Source: Octopus sinensis
Lineage: Eukaryota
Direction: 5' to 3'
Length of the DNA: 64,000 nt
Assembly (NCBI RefSeq): GCF_006345805.1
Contig: NC_042999.1
Location: 89,652,001-89,716,000 of the forward strand
The position numbers and the translations under genes were made by a program. Shown in pieces: positions 47,960-62,671 of this stretch (position 1 is the first letter of the stretch; every line of letters begins with the position of its first letter). The notes beneath the pieces are model-generated. The model searched no databases. It was not told the origin of the DNA and was given only the letters and a program-made list of their open reading frames with translations.

Positions 47960-48360
47960 ATTTTTGGTATTATACAAAGCCAGGTGAGGCCCGCATGAAA
48001 TACTACTCTTATAGCCAAGAGGCTACTACTACTGCACATACAAGCATTCCAAACTGCATCCATTAAAGTCTCACCCTTACTAATCTTATTGACATAAAGT
48101 CACTCACAAACATGTCTCGGTTTCTGATCCAGAATTGTTATGTATCCTCTCCCTGTTTATCTACTATATCTATAAGGACCTCTGCTCATCTGATCTGGTT
48201 GAGCTCAAGCTACCTTCATTCAGACATCCTCACTCGACGTGTTTCATCATCATTATTGTGTCCAACCCCATCCCCGTAGGCACCATATTAAACACTAAAT
48301 CCAGTACTTTTCTCTCAGAATGTAGGCACGCTGGAATTACCTTCCTGTTCATATCTTTTT
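47960..48360 (+). mobile_element. CR1/L2-like LINE tail fragment, inverted relative to 47400-47700
   Basis: LVLYKA..VRP..KYYSY..TTAHTSI, SLFIYYIYKDLCSSDL. Confidence 0.55.
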
Positions 48361-51329
48361 TGTATGTTTACAAGCAGAAAGTCAAGAGGTACATTAATGG
48401 TATAAATCCCATCAGTCTACATGGTGGAGGCGGTGGTATGATAACTGTAGGGGCTGCGACGACTAAGGGTACTACCGCTTCCTCCAGACCCAGCAAGTAA
48501 AAAAAATGTGTTAAAGTTAGTCTACACTTCATTATACACGAATCAGCTGCTTGCTAAAATATACATATAAGAAATGTGTAAACCATTCATTATCTTGAGA
48601 AGTTAAATCGTAAATCAATAGAACAAATAACAAAGCAATAACGTGGGCTAGAATATATACATGACAAAACTGATAGCAATGTTGGTAACCAACAAACATG
48701 TCTTCATATAAGTAGCACGATCAATTTTTCTATTCAATAATGAACTTGTTGACTAGTCTTTCGGAACCATCCATCATTCCTGTTGCATCATATCATTTTA
48801 CGCAGCCATCCTCCGTTCTAACCTATCATGATGAACTCCTTGAAAAGATACCTGATAATTAAAAGAGTGTACTACTCTTGCCGAAAACGAGGTAATAACC
48901 GTGATGAAAAGAGAACCTAAGAATTATATACTATAGGAATAGAATAGAAGTTAATACTTGATCGATAAAAGAAATGGGAGTTACATATATGCTAAAATCT
49001 GAGAGTCGTAACTGGACGCGGTTTGTATTCTGTCATCAGTACTTAATTCTTCAATGATCTAGAGTATCTAAAAGCAAATAAGTATCACTGGCTGCACAGC
49101 CAACTACAATAGAATCTGTACATTGTTCTGAGTATGAAGCAACTCAACTCGTTTGAATCTGTAAAGATTTCCTGTTTACAATTGCTAAAATTAGACCACT
49201 AAAATGACTACTTCTAACATAGGCACAAGACCCGAAATATGGGAGAGTGAAGTCGAACATAATGAATCAAACGAATGAAAAATAAGTTAGTCTAAGTAAT
49301 TTTGTCCTAGCTCTAACGGTTTTTCTCATTCACTTGTTTAGATTTCTAAAATGATAATTTCCTATGTGTCATTGTTTAACCCAAGTTCAGCACTAATCAA
49401 ACAGTTATGATTAAAAAGTGTTCCAGCTGTGACTCTTGCCGTTTACCTTATTGTATATCTAGAACTACATTATATTTTGTGTCCATCCTTATTAAGATGC
49501 TAATGTGTGAACTGGAACAATATGAATGCTAATTCTAGCAGGTTGAGTGACTGCATAGAAGACCCACCTCATCGCATTTGCTCACCATCTCTCTCATAGA
49601 CCACAACAGTGTAGATTATAGTTGATTGAATTTCCTCACTATGTTTCATCAACACTTAATGATATAATGACAAAGTCGATTTGAACACAGGTGTGAATTA
49701 AATACTGCAAGCCACCAAGTTCTGAACTTTCATGAAATCTTAATGATTACTATTAATTTCAATGTCTTAAATTGATTCAAGGTACAAAATTTGCAGCTGG
49801 GGGTCGGTATAATCGATTAAATCAAACCTTGTACAATATTGATACGGATTTTTAGCAAAAGTAGAGGGTAAATAGTTAACATTAGCAGTTTAGTGATTTC
49901 ATCCCACACAGTTCTTTCATTATCGCTTAGTCAAGAGGGAAGGGTAAATTCCCATTTAGTATGGCAAGATGTATGTATGCAATAATCACAGACTTAACTA
50001 GATGAGATATGACTGACAGTAATAAAAATATTCCCCTAGAGGCAGAAACATCCGAAAGTATAAATGATCTTAATGTCATTATTAAGGCAAACAGAAATAT
50101 TTCATTTATAGTCACCCACAATTCCAGAAATCTCAAAGTATTGCATTCTTCCAGTACATCATCAGTCAATAAATCTGAGTAAAACCATTAAAGAAAAGTC
50201 ACAATTTATTAACAGCCAAAGACAACCACCTAATCTTAAGAGACCCAACACAATGTGAAGACAGTTGAGGAAACAACAAATCAAGGATCCATAAGTTAGA
50301 GCTGGTCCATACAGTGAACATCTAGATAGTTATGTGAATAAGAAATTCAAAGTACTCTTTTTTTTTTCGAATAAAAGAAAGAAAATAGCAATTGCCAAAG
50401 GTAAATGAAAAAACTTTCTAAGGAATTTCAATCCGAATCTAAACCGGAAATAGAGACAACCGCTACATAACACAAATGCGGATAACAACATAGAAATGCT
50501 TTAATGCCACGTATGCATTTGAAAAGCTGAAGGCAGCAAATGTTCACATGCAAAAAAAATCTTCATTCAGATGGTTATAAATAGTTTTTGAGGATAATTA
50601 ATTTTTTTACTATATATATACTCACACAAGACACACATACACACACAAGTACACGCACACGCACACATATGAACATATATACATATATATATATATGCTT
50701 CTGTAAGTGTGCATATATATATGCACACACACTTACATGTATATATATTTGTATACGCATACACATAAATAAACGCAAATTTTGTGGAGTTTGGTTTTGG
50801 GATGTGTGTGTATGTGTGAATTTGTGTGTGCACGTGTATACTCATGTATATATTCAAAACCACAAGATCTACGCTCAATATTTGGTAAGAAAATAATCCT
50901 GATTTAAAAGTTACTTTGGACCCAAATAGATTATTTGATAAAATGCTCCCCAAAATCACAAAGGTATCAGAGATAAAAAGAAAAAAACAAAAAGAATTAG
51001 AAGAAAGAATACAGGTCGAAAACAAACAATAAGCAAACAGACATCCAAACAATAAGCACTAAAACAAAACATAAGAACGTAAACCACGAAAATAGACTTG
51101 ACATGTGCAAAACATAAAAAGTAAGCAACAAACACCAATAAAATCAAATTCTAGAAGTACTACAATATACAGAAAAATATAATCCGAACTAGTATGAGAC
51201 AAAAAGAATGTTGATAAAACATCATAGAATATACATCAGTTTTTTAAATAGGTATATTTAAAAATGATTGTAATTTAATGATGGGAATTCTGGATATATG
51301 TTAAATATGATAGGTTAAGTATTGAAATA

Positions 51330-52260
51330 ATTAATGAAATGAATCCATAGTTATTTATATGGACCATCTTCCCAAGGAAGATAAAATAGCAAAAGAGATG
51401 AAAAAAATTATAGACTGATCATCAAAGACTTTATGATTACCGACACAGCACATCAATATCTCCAGGATAAATCAAATAAATTATGCATCAACAGTAGAAG
51501 TTACAAAAGGAAAATGGATACTCTCTCACTCCTACTCATATAGATCTTATATAGATTAAACAACACTGAAAATTAACAAAGAAGAAAATCAAATGAAATG
51601 AAAATGTCTCTTAATCCTTGATGAAATCAATAATGAAACGATACAACCAAAAAGATACGCGAAGCAAATGTAAAACTACAACAAAGCAACAGCAAGAAAT
51701 GAAATGGAATAGAAACATTCTGGCATAGCATTACGAAATACTCCATCCCGTCTCATCCCCCAGTAAAATAGATAATACAAATATGCATCGGAAACGGTCT
51801 CAGAGCGTATCAAAGCAACAACACTCTGAAATATGAATATCCAGATATAAAGACCATCGTTAATCGGCCAGATATTATTGACAAGGATAAGCGGAAAAGG
51901 ATGTGTCTCTTAATGTCAGTTTCAGTTTCAACAGAAGGCTATATATCTCTAAAAGAAGTGGAGAAATTATCCAAATATAAAGATTTGGAAAGAGAAATAA
52001 TATGACTGTGGAAACTGAAAACAAAAATAAGCTCTATCATAATGGCTGGCGTAGAAATGATCATAAATATGCAAATAGTTAAAATTTCCTGAATTTACAA
52101 ATATCTACAACATTTAAAAAATAGCACAAATAGGCACATCATACAAACTACTTCGAGTTCGTTCGATACAGTTGAAAACACTGCACATACGCAAGGCGCA
52201 AAATAGCTGCACTCTGCAGTACAGTGAATGCAATGGGAAAAATGATAATATAAAGGAATT
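51330..52260 (+). mobile_element. Old R4/Dong-type LINE remnant (subfamily of 19626-22233)
   Basis: RPDII.K, SLKEVEKLSKYKDLE, and a 3' UTR gcacatacgcaaggcgca matching 22164-22190. Confidence 0.65.
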
Positions 52261-52879
52261 ATTCTTTCAACAGACACGTTCCCCATCGACTCCACTTTAA
52301 ACTATAAAGATCGCCCACAAATTAAGTACTTGTATATTTTATTAGAGTGGTTTTTTACTGATTCACATGCAGTCAACATAAACAAGGCATATAGTTAAGT
52401 GTAGCCGTTTATCTTAGCAACAACTACAAAAATATACAATGAAAGAAGTAATGGATATAAATGATGTCCAATGATACTTCAACACCACTATAAACACCCA
52501 TCCCCCTCATACAGGCTACACTAGAAACAACTATAACTAGAGTCAACTTCCAACGACAAGGAATAGCTGATCAGAATAACCAACTATCAAGCCACAAGGA
52601 CGATACCAACACATAGTAAGAGGGGTCACTGGTCAAGGAAGTTAGAAACCGTAGACGTTCTACAAGCAAACATGACATGCTCTGGTTAAAACTTCCCGGT
52701 GGGCAATGTTTCAATTGGCTTTTATTTTTTATAATGCTGAATACATAAAGAATGGTGGTGAATATAAACTGTAGATAAAAGAAATTGGGACAGATATTAA
52801 TAAAAACGATACTATTGCTACTGATACACTTCAAAACATTAGTATTAATATTGTAGATACGTCTATGTGACGAAGATAT

Positions 52880-52970
52880 TTGCGTTGGAACACTAGGGTT
52901 CTTGGTTCAATCACAGACCAATACCTCCTCAGTGGAATTTGGTAGACGGAAAGTGTCTAGATCTATAGAT

Positions 52971-53023
<53 letters not shown>

Positions 53024-53130
53024 AAGAAATTTTGCTATGACGGCCTCTTTCCACTATTGACTGCAAACCACCAATTAGTTTATAGTTGTGTTTGTGCCAG
53101 AAACACAAGTTCATGTCGTGTTCCAAGCAA
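52880..53130 (+). mobile_element. Degenerate SINE family B with (GT)n
   Basis: gtggaatttggtagacggaaa, internal GT run, aaacacaagt end. Confidence 0.55.
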
Positions 53131-53253
53131 ATTATTTAAATGTTTTATATCTGTATATGTCTAAATATATACATACGTTCGTGAGAGTATATATATATAT
53201 ATATATATATACATGCATGCATGCATACATACATACATACATACATACATACA

Positions 53254-53318
<65 letters not shown>

Positions 53319-53550
53319 CACACACACACACACATATATATATATGCTATATAAATGAGAGTGTATGTGTGTATGTATATGTGTATAACCCCGAAAGTCT
53401 CTGAAATGGTGCGTCCTCGAGAAAAACGGATTTGGTTTTTAAAATCTGGGTCCCAAAGAGAAAGTTCTCGGTAAATAATAATCAAAAATATATAATTTCC
53501 TTCTCTCTATCTGTCACATCTGTGTATTTATATCTCTCACGCATACCGCT

Positions 53551-53593
<43 letters not shown>

Positions 53594-53939
53594 TTCTCGG
53601 TATAATGTAATCGCTGTAATGTATTTGTTTCTATTTTGTGATACACAGCTATTCCGCAGAAAATGAGAGCTTCCAAATCTTGTTTTCTGATAGGACAAAA
53701 ATTATCAAACTTCAAATGTCTGTAATATTTTGTGAAAATTATTCTGGAATAAATTAATTACAAAATTGGATCCAGAGTGAAATATTACATCAATATACCA
53801 AATTTGAAAATTTTCACTTATATGTGTAATAACAATATTTGTAGTAACAATATGCGTGGCAAGAACAGAAAAGATCCCATCTCTATCTGTGTCTCTGTCT
53901 TTTACTACGCTTTTTTCATTGTAAGCTTCCCCCCTCTCC

Positions 53940-53979
<40 letters not shown>

Positions 53980-54059
53980 TTACCACACTCTCTCTCAGTC
54001 TTTCTCTATACATGTATATTTCTCACGCTGAGTGTGTGTACCTGTATGTGTGTGTATGC

Positions 54060-54644
54060 ATGTGTATAAGGAGTTCCATTAGGGCGGCAAAGTCGAAAGA
54101 CCATGAAAATGCCTCAGCGGCGAGCTCAGGAGACGCAGAAGGAATAGACTTGATGGTATACAAACACTACCCTCCGTCGCTCGGTCTCGGGAGACAGCCG
54201 AGCAAAGGACGCATCGATTAGATGAAAAGCGTACAAGAGTCTCCGTCGCACAAACTTAGGAGACGATGTCCCGTTTCATTGCAAACGACTTCAATTTTCA
54301 GTGAGTCTTAGTTTTATCATGACCATCAACAAATAGCAAAGGCAAGCATTTTCGGTTGCTAGTTTACACCTTGAAGATTCCCGCTTTGCCCACGGTCAGC
54401 TTTACGTTGCATGTTCAAGAGTAGGAAGTAAGAAAAATATTTCTATCCATGTACCATATAGAAAAGTAAAAAAAAAAAATTCGTTCATCGTGACATTATA
54501 AATTGTCCCAAATTATACAGACAACCGTCCTGGTCGAGAGGCCTATCCGTCGGAGAAGGCATGGTGTGACATGGAATAAAAAAGAATTGAAACGAAGACA
54601 TTCTAGTGCGAAAATTGTCCGGTAACGACGTACTGCACAGCTAG
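54060..54644 (+). mobile_element. Helitron deletion derivative: helicase C-terminus and CTAG 3' end
   Basis: DVPFHCKRLQFSVSLSFIMTINK*..FAHGQLYVACSRVGS; ends gtaacgacgtactgcacagCTAGt. Confidence 0.75.
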
Positions 54645-54903
54645 TATATAGTAGGCAAAACATGTCAAAGGACATATAGATAACAGGTACACACAATGGG
54701 TGCTTAGACTAAAGCAAGTATCAGAATCTCTGACATCAAGTTCAGGGATACAGGATACACTGAAATAAGAGATGGCTGTCGGTCATCTAGTGGGCGAGGT
54801 GATGTAGATATAATAGAACAAAATATGAACAGACAGATGCAAGGTATCAAATTAATTTATAACATATTTATAAAATATACTGAAGAAAGAACAAATGTGT
54901 GTG

Positions 54904-54996
<93 letters not shown>

Positions 54997-55344
54997 GGAA
55001 ATCAGGAAAGATTCGGATGGTGAAAGTTCGTTGTGATTCGGTGCAGATGGGACCACTCCAGGATAAGGAACAAAAGAATTTAAATGGTCCTTAGAGTTGA
55101 TTTGATCTAGATAGATAAGTAAAATCCATGGAATCACCGAAGAAAAGCTCGCAAGTGGTGTCCAGGAAAGGTGGATTTTGTTTTATAAATTCGTTATAAA
55201 TTGACTTGATATACCTCGAAACCGCAACTGCATGTTCATATTTTGTTATATATATACATTCATCTGCAGGAGATGGTTTGTTATCCCATAGCACTGGTGT
55301 TTACATCCAGTTTAGTTTAACATGCTGGTTAAATATGTTAGCAT

Positions 55345-55520
<176 letters not shown>

Positions 55521-56379
55521 AAAGGAAAAGCTTTTGAATATTCCTTTTCCAATAGAACAGGCTATGCTTGTATTGTCAACAGTGGCGGCTCGTGTATAAG
55601 CACAGTTATCGATAACATTCAATATAATGAGTCTTTTTTCTTTAATTCTTTCTTTATACTTGTACATTATGTAATCCTTAAACTTAATGTCAGTAGCCAT
55701 ACCCTAGTTTATGAAAAAATGCGAAAATCCTTGTATAGAAGTGAGCGCTTCTCACATGTCCGAGATAGGAAGCTTCACACTAGGGAGAAAGAGTACTGCG
55801 TTAACGACAGTGCCAGGTGAAAGGTAGTGCTTCTTTTTTGACTCCGCGTGTGTTGTGATTAAAAACGTGATTATATTCTTGAATGTGATAAAATGTAGAA
55901 TTAGATTATTATCCTGCTTCTAGCTGCAGTGTTGCTGCCAGGATTTGAAAAATAGGGCAAATTTTCCTCACTTATTTTGTGATTTAGTGGGGACATTTGA
56001 AAAACAAGGGGGAATTCTCGGCAGTGTTCAGTGAACAAATTAAACACACTACACGACAGTGGCTAAAACACGAACCGATCAAGTTTATGTATACATTTTC
56101 TTTTTATATGTTTGTTTCCTTTTACACAATATTAAAACAATGGCTAAAAATTTTATCTACGAACCGCCACTGCTGGTGATATACACTGAGATTCTGGTCA
56201 CATGGTGTTTAATATCAAACCAACAATGCGGTTCTGAATTTCTAATTTCTTGCAGAGAGTGAAGTTAATTAAAATAGCTAATAGCCTTATAATACATTCT
56301 TATCTTATTTCACATCACGACTTTAGTAGTTTAAACGCGTAAATATGCTTTTGTGTACAGAATTTAACTGCTCTACTCT

Positions 56380-56392
56380 GTTGCTAAATGAC
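56380..56392. promoter_or_regulatory. Possible RFX X-box
   Basis: GTTGCT-A-AATGAC fits the GYTRYY-N1-3-RRHRAC consensus; lies in TE-poor, CpG-containing DNA upstream of the minus-strand gene; could be chance. Confidence 0.25.
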
Positions 56393-56704
56393 TAATTTCT
56401 TAACGGTTAGCAAACTAGCAGCAAACACGGTAATTACTTCACCCTAACGTGATCTATGACCTCGAAGTGAGGTACAACGAGGTCATTCAATTGTTTTCTT
56501 TATTTGAAAGAAGATGGTTGTAATGTAATCGTGCTTTTATGCATCAGGCATTCTTTTCTGTCTGCCAAATTAGTTTTAGTTATGGCTTTGGAAAGTTTCC
56601 CCCAAGGTTAAATATACAAATTAATGTATAACATATTTAGGGCAGAGAACATTTTTAAAATGATTAAAAATTATTCTCTGAAAGGAAAGAAAAGTAATAT
56701 TCTT

Positions 56705-56908
56705 TTCTACTCTAGGCCCGAAATTTTCAGGGAGGGGGCCAATCGATTAAACCGGCCCTAGTACGCAACTCGTATTTAATTTGTCGACCCCGAAAGGATG
56801 AAATGCAAAGTCGACCTCAGTAGAAACTGAACTTAGAACGTAAAGAGAGACGAAATGCTGTTTAACATTTCGCCCGGCGTGTTAACGTTTCTACCAGCTC
56901 GCCGCCTT
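56705..56908 (-). mobile_element. SINE family A
   Basis: Near-full reverse-complement copy ending gctcgccgcc. Confidence 0.85.
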
Positions 56909-58679
56909 GGAAAGAAAAGCAATATTAGCTAATGACTAATATCATTTTAATTATTTCGGTTCTTTCCAGTCACTCGCACTGGCAGTCATTCACTTAGGCT
57001 GTCACTCTTACAGTAATTTTGTGAATGTTTATGAGTTTTGTGAATGTTTATGAGTTTGTATATCAGGACTGATCCTTCACCTGAGGCACTCAGGTACCTA
57101 TTATTTTCCATTGTATCTTATTTTTTATTCTTTTACTATTCATTTTTTACAGTTTCTGTTTAAGACCCTTACTCTAAGTTCTTTTTCGTCAGGTGGTCTT
57201 AGTAGTGCAAACAAGGTGAGCTATATTTCGTTTATACAGACGTTGACCTCGTAATCTTTCAGCTTTCCTGCCCATTTTATCTCTCTTTGAATTATTACAA
57301 CGGAAGATAACTCAGGACATGCTTCTTTCTCGAGAACTCCTCGCCAAAGCATAGACTTCACCATACCATTAAAGCAATTATGACATAATCACTAATTAGA
57401 TGTACGACATTGTACAAGTGTAGGAGTGAAAATTAGCGTATTTTAAGTAATAAATCAGTGCGATAGTAATGGACTACATGTTTTAATATTCAAGGGCAGA
57501 AAGCTCTTTTGTATCGGACTTGGCATCAGGAGTTCAGAAAATGCATAGGGGTGTAAAATACTAGACCTTTTAAAAGGAAAGCATTCATTTTACTGTGTTA
57601 GCAAAGCTCCGAGTCTTGAAGCAAAGCTCCAAGTCCTGAGTGCATCCCACAGGGTGCTGTTGCGGCAGCAATCTGTCTTCTGTGATGACCCATATCTCTT
57701 ACACAGGCCCTTCACAGACGTTTCTTGTCTGTTACAATCTATGCGTGTACTTTTATGCACCAAGTGCGTATATGAGACGTTCTCTCAAGGAGGCTAATAA
57801 CGCAGTATTTGGTGAATATATATATACATACACACATACACACACACAGACACACAAACACACACACACACTCACACACACAGACACACACACACTCACA
57901 CATACACACACATATATATATATATTATATTAATATTAGGGAAGTTATTTCCGAGTCCACAGAGGAGAGGAGTTCAATTTAGTGGTACTAAAATGAATTA
58001 CTCACTGTATTATATACATATATATAGATAGGTTTAAGAGACAGAATTACCCTCAAGCAACTCAATCATCATTGAACGACATTATCCACGATAGGTTCAT
58101 ATAGGACTAAATATTAAAATTATCAAAATTAATACCTTCAATTCTTATTCTAAATCATATACTTTACTTTATATAGACTACGCGCGTTTCATGACAACAA
58201 ATTCCTCGATATTGCTGAAATAGAAGGTCTCAAAATATTAAAACGATTCTATTGCCAATCTTCAGGTCTAGATTATATGAACTTATTTTGCTATTTACAT
58301 CCTATATAAAGACATGCCAAACTAAAATTATATAGCTAGTAGTTGTTGGAATAATTTTACTTTAGTAAATAATGAACAGTAGCTCTCAGTGTTGGATTAT
58401 ACGATTGCTTCATTTGGTTAGCCATGTTTAATTCGCGGAGAGAAAATTACCACGCAGATAAGTTAACATTTCTTTTTACTAACATTTCTTGTTCCTACTT
58501 TTATTCCACGACACACCTAATTATAAAGTTCTACATGCATGACTCACTCAGTTCTCAACAATGTCAAAACACCAAATTTAATCTATAAAAATCTTATAGA
58601 AAACCTTTCCATCATGACCTACACTGCAACATAATTATCATTCAGTAGTACATCACTTTCTCCAGAATATTTTAACTTA

Positions 58680-58800
58680 AGACAGAGTATATAAACCAAG
58701 ATGAAGTCAAATGTACTAGAGTCTGATGATGGCTTAGCAAGCTAAATATTCGAAGTCACTGTCAATACTATTCTTGTTCAAGAATAATAGATATATATTC
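58680..58800 (+). mobile_element. Penelope-like terminal repeat remnant with defective hammerhead core
   Basis: TATAAA upstream, CTGATGA 58723-58729, 6-bp stem II, G12 missing. Confidence 0.4.
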
Positions 58801-58954
58801 TTCAAAAATAATCCTTCAGTTTAACGTAAAATTGTTTTCATTATAAATTAACATAAAAAACAAACATTAACATAAGTATTCACCAAAACAAATGTTAACA
58901 TAAATGTTCAGTAGTTTGTTCAAACAGAACATCCACGTTTAAGTGAGGATAAAT

Positions 58955-59126
58955 ACTAACATACCTGTATTTATACATACATACATACATACATACATAC
59001 ATACATACATACACACACACATACATACATACATGCATACATACACAGACAGACAGATATACAGACAGACAGATAGATAGATAGATAGATACATACATAC
59101 ATACATACACAGACAGATAGACAAAC

Positions 59127-59157
<31 letters not shown>

Positions 59158-59224
59158 GACAGACAGACAGGTAGACAGGCAGATAGATAGATAGATAAAT
59201 AGATAGATAGATAGATAGATAGAG

Positions 59225-59271
<47 letters not shown>

Positions 59272-59300
59272 GAGATAGGTAGATAGATAGACAGACAGAC

Positions 59301-59375
<75 letters not shown>

Positions 59376-59570
59376 AAGATAGATAGACAGAGAGAGAGCG
59401 ACAGACAGACAGGCAGACAGTCAGACAGACAGAAGACAGACAGCTAGATAGATAGATAGATAAATAGATAATATATCTATATATGTACACACATATACAT
59501 ATATACATGCATACATACATATATACATACATACATACATACAGACAGACAGACAGACAGACACACACAC
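58955..59570. repeat. Large (CATA)/(GATA)/(GACA) compound microsatellite
   Basis: Direct reading. Confidence 0.95.
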
Positions 59571-59719
59571 ACACAAATTGCATACTGAGTATGGTATGTA
59601 CTGAAACGCCATGAAGAACAAGTATACGCATGCAAAGACAAGTAACAACACATAATTAAACACACAACGGTTGCGCTCATCGCCCAAGAGCTCACTATTT
59701 ACTTTTCCAGTTAGAAATA

Positions 59720-59782
<63 letters not shown>

Positions 59783-59803
59783 ACACACACACATGCAAGT
59801 ATG

Positions 59804-59878
<75 letters not shown>

Positions 59879-59984
59879 GAGAGAGAGAGAGAGAATATAT
59901 ACACAGATATATAAGAAACACTATGTAAGTTAGCATACCGTTGCACACATTTGCATACACAAATGCTCCATGCACGCATATACC

Positions 59985-60018
<34 letters not shown>

Positions 60019-60060
60019 CATACATACATACATACATATGTATGTGTCAGCATACATACG
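59720..60060. repeat. (CTA)n-(TA)n-(GA)n-(CATA)n compound microsatellite
   Basis: Direct reading. Confidence 0.95.
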
Positions 60061-60775
60061 TGTTCGTGTTTACAATAAAAACGTGCTGTAATATTATCGG
60101 TGTATGATATTGATTTCCCATTTATTCATAGTGGGACAAAGTTCGTTAGAGGAATTAAAAAAAACCTGGGATGTCTATGCAGCAGGAGCAACAGCAGCAG
60201 CAGCAATAGTAGTAGTAGTGGTGGTGATGATGGTGGTGTTGGTGGTGGTGGTGGTGGTGGGGTGGCGATGGGGTTGGTGCTGGTGATGGTGGTGGCGGTG
60301 GTGAAACTTAAAACAGAAGTCAACTCAGGATATTTTGTTGTTTGTTAAACCCCAATTCTTTCTGATCAAGGAGAGTTATGGTTATATCACTCCAGTCGTG
60401 ACGATCTCTTCTTGATTTCCAGAGACAGTGTATCTATCTAGATTTACATTATCCAGTATGTCCTATTTTTTTATTTTTTATTTATGTATTTTCATTGTCA
60501 ACTGGCAAGATGCGCCTTAACAGAAACTGAGTTTGTGTTATTAACCTTTCGAGTTCCCATTGGCTCACCCTAATGATAAGTTCATGAGGCGCAATAGAAC
60601 AGTAGTTCACAACCAGAGTGGTAGCACCTCAGTGAGAACGTTGTGACCTCACAAGAGTGAGGTTACAAGAGGAGACAAATGTCAAAAGGCATGGCGCGCT
60701 GGGTGGTTAGAGATCGTGATTATTCTGAGTGATAAAAAATTAAATAAATTCTTAGCAAAAAATAAAATGCTTATA

Positions 60776-61250
60776 CAGGCATGCCTCACCCTATATCGTT
60801 AATTGGTTCCAGGAAACACGACTTATGTCGAATTAAGTTGTCTCTAGCCTAGGCTAGGTCGAATTTACTTGTCTCTAGGCTAAACCGATAATAATAATTC
60901 CCAGCTCTGTACTTTATTTATAAATGCATTTTCAATAATACATGGTTAATAAAAACCTATTTTAAGCTTGCAAACAAATAATTTTTTTCTTATTGATGAC
61001 AGTGTTCTTCATCCATGGGGCTTCAGATTTGTTATGTACTAAAATCTTATCCTTATTATATACAATCGTCGATACAGTTGTCCGACTCATCTCCAAAGAT
61101 CGTGCAATTGCTACCACTTTTTTCACATTTTTCATGGCATTTTATCATAGCCAATTTGTCTTCCAGCATTATAGCATGGCGCTTAGCATTTTAACTATGG
61201 ATTTTCTTAGGAGCCATAGTGGTAAAAAATAAAGTCACAAATAAATGAAA
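60776..61250 (-). mobile_element. Tigger/pogo deletion derivative (TIR and psq-type HTH)
   Basis: TA then CAGGCATGCCTC; minus-strand MAPKK..KRHAIMLEDKL..VAIARSLEMSRTTVSTIV (ATG 61217). Confidence 0.75.
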
Positions 61251-61489
61251 AATCTGTCTCGGAATAAAATATAGATAACTTTATTGTGTTATTTGTGAAC
61301 AGAAACATTATTGTTGATGCAGCAACGTCCAGTATAATTTTATTTGATAATTCATCACCTTCTTTAGTAATTTCTATAAAAATCAGTATAAAGAGCATAA
61401 TAAGGGAGGCACATAGAGGATGGAACAGAAGAGGAATGTATGGATTATAAATCAGTGCATAAAATAGCTTCTGTCTGATTAAAATATTA

Positions 61490-61685
61490 GTTTCAAATTT
61501 TGGCACAAGACCAGCAATTTCGGGGGAGGCGATAAATCCATTTCTGGTACTTATTTTATCGACCCCGAAAAGATGAAAGACAAAGTCGACACCAGCAGCA
61601 TTTGGACTCAGAACATAAAACCAGAAGAAATGATGACTCCAAGCATTTTGTCCAGCGCGGTAACGATTCTGCGAATTTACTGCCA
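61490..61685 (-). mobile_element. SINE family A
   Basis: ggtacttattttatcgaccccgaaaagatgaaagacaaagtcgac. Confidence 0.85.
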
Positions 61686-62589
61686 TGCAGGTTTGATTAA
61701 GATATTAAAATACTAATCTTCCAGTTTGCTTTTTAACTTTTGCTAAAACATAGGACGCAACGCCTGTAAGATGCCATTTCTTGAAAGGAGATATTGATCT
61801 ACAAAAACATAAGAACCACTGTGACAGAGCTATATAACGAACGGTTCCAAAATCATTGAAGTATATTTATATGTTTATATATTTGATCGGGGACTGGAAT
61901 ATTTCAGGGATGCGAATTCCCATAATCGAATAAAATATACTGCAAACCTAGAGACATTTTTGCTTCGTCAGGCTCCGAAATCTTCATATGTGTATAGTTA
62001 TTGATGTCTCTCAGCTCTTGATAAACCCTAAACAGATACCTGATTAAAGGGGTCAAGATATGACTACGCTGTCTTTTGGTGGGTTCACTGTGTAACTAAG
62101 ACAGCATTACCCAAAGTGTACTTCAGTTTTTAAACGATAGGTTGCAAAGCGAGTGAGAAATTTTGCTGTTTCTACCGGATTGAGCGACTACATTGAAGGC
62201 TCTCTACATGGCATGTGAGAAAGGAAGGTATAAATTATATAAGAGGAAAGACTTATTTGCTTTTACCGATTCATAAATTCATGCTTTACAAATGATTTAT
62301 AATAATGTTTTGATATTAAATATTACTGACGGAGTACTTAATACAGTAATTGTAAAGGATTTAAGAAGTTTAAAAGATTTAGGTTGTCAACAATAATTTA
62401 AAGGCATCACACTGGCGGACATTTACAAGTGTTAAAAACTTCAGATTGCGATAGCCACAGAACCATAAAGGTATTTATTTTATTTATCTTAGACACTCAG
62501 TAACATGTAACACAAATTACATAGCTGAAATAACCAACTTGTGAAAACAAAATAAAAAAAACTCCTCAAATACAACTCATACCTCATCC

Positions 62590-62643
<54 letters not shown>

Positions 62644-62671
62644 CATACATACACACATAAATATACACATA

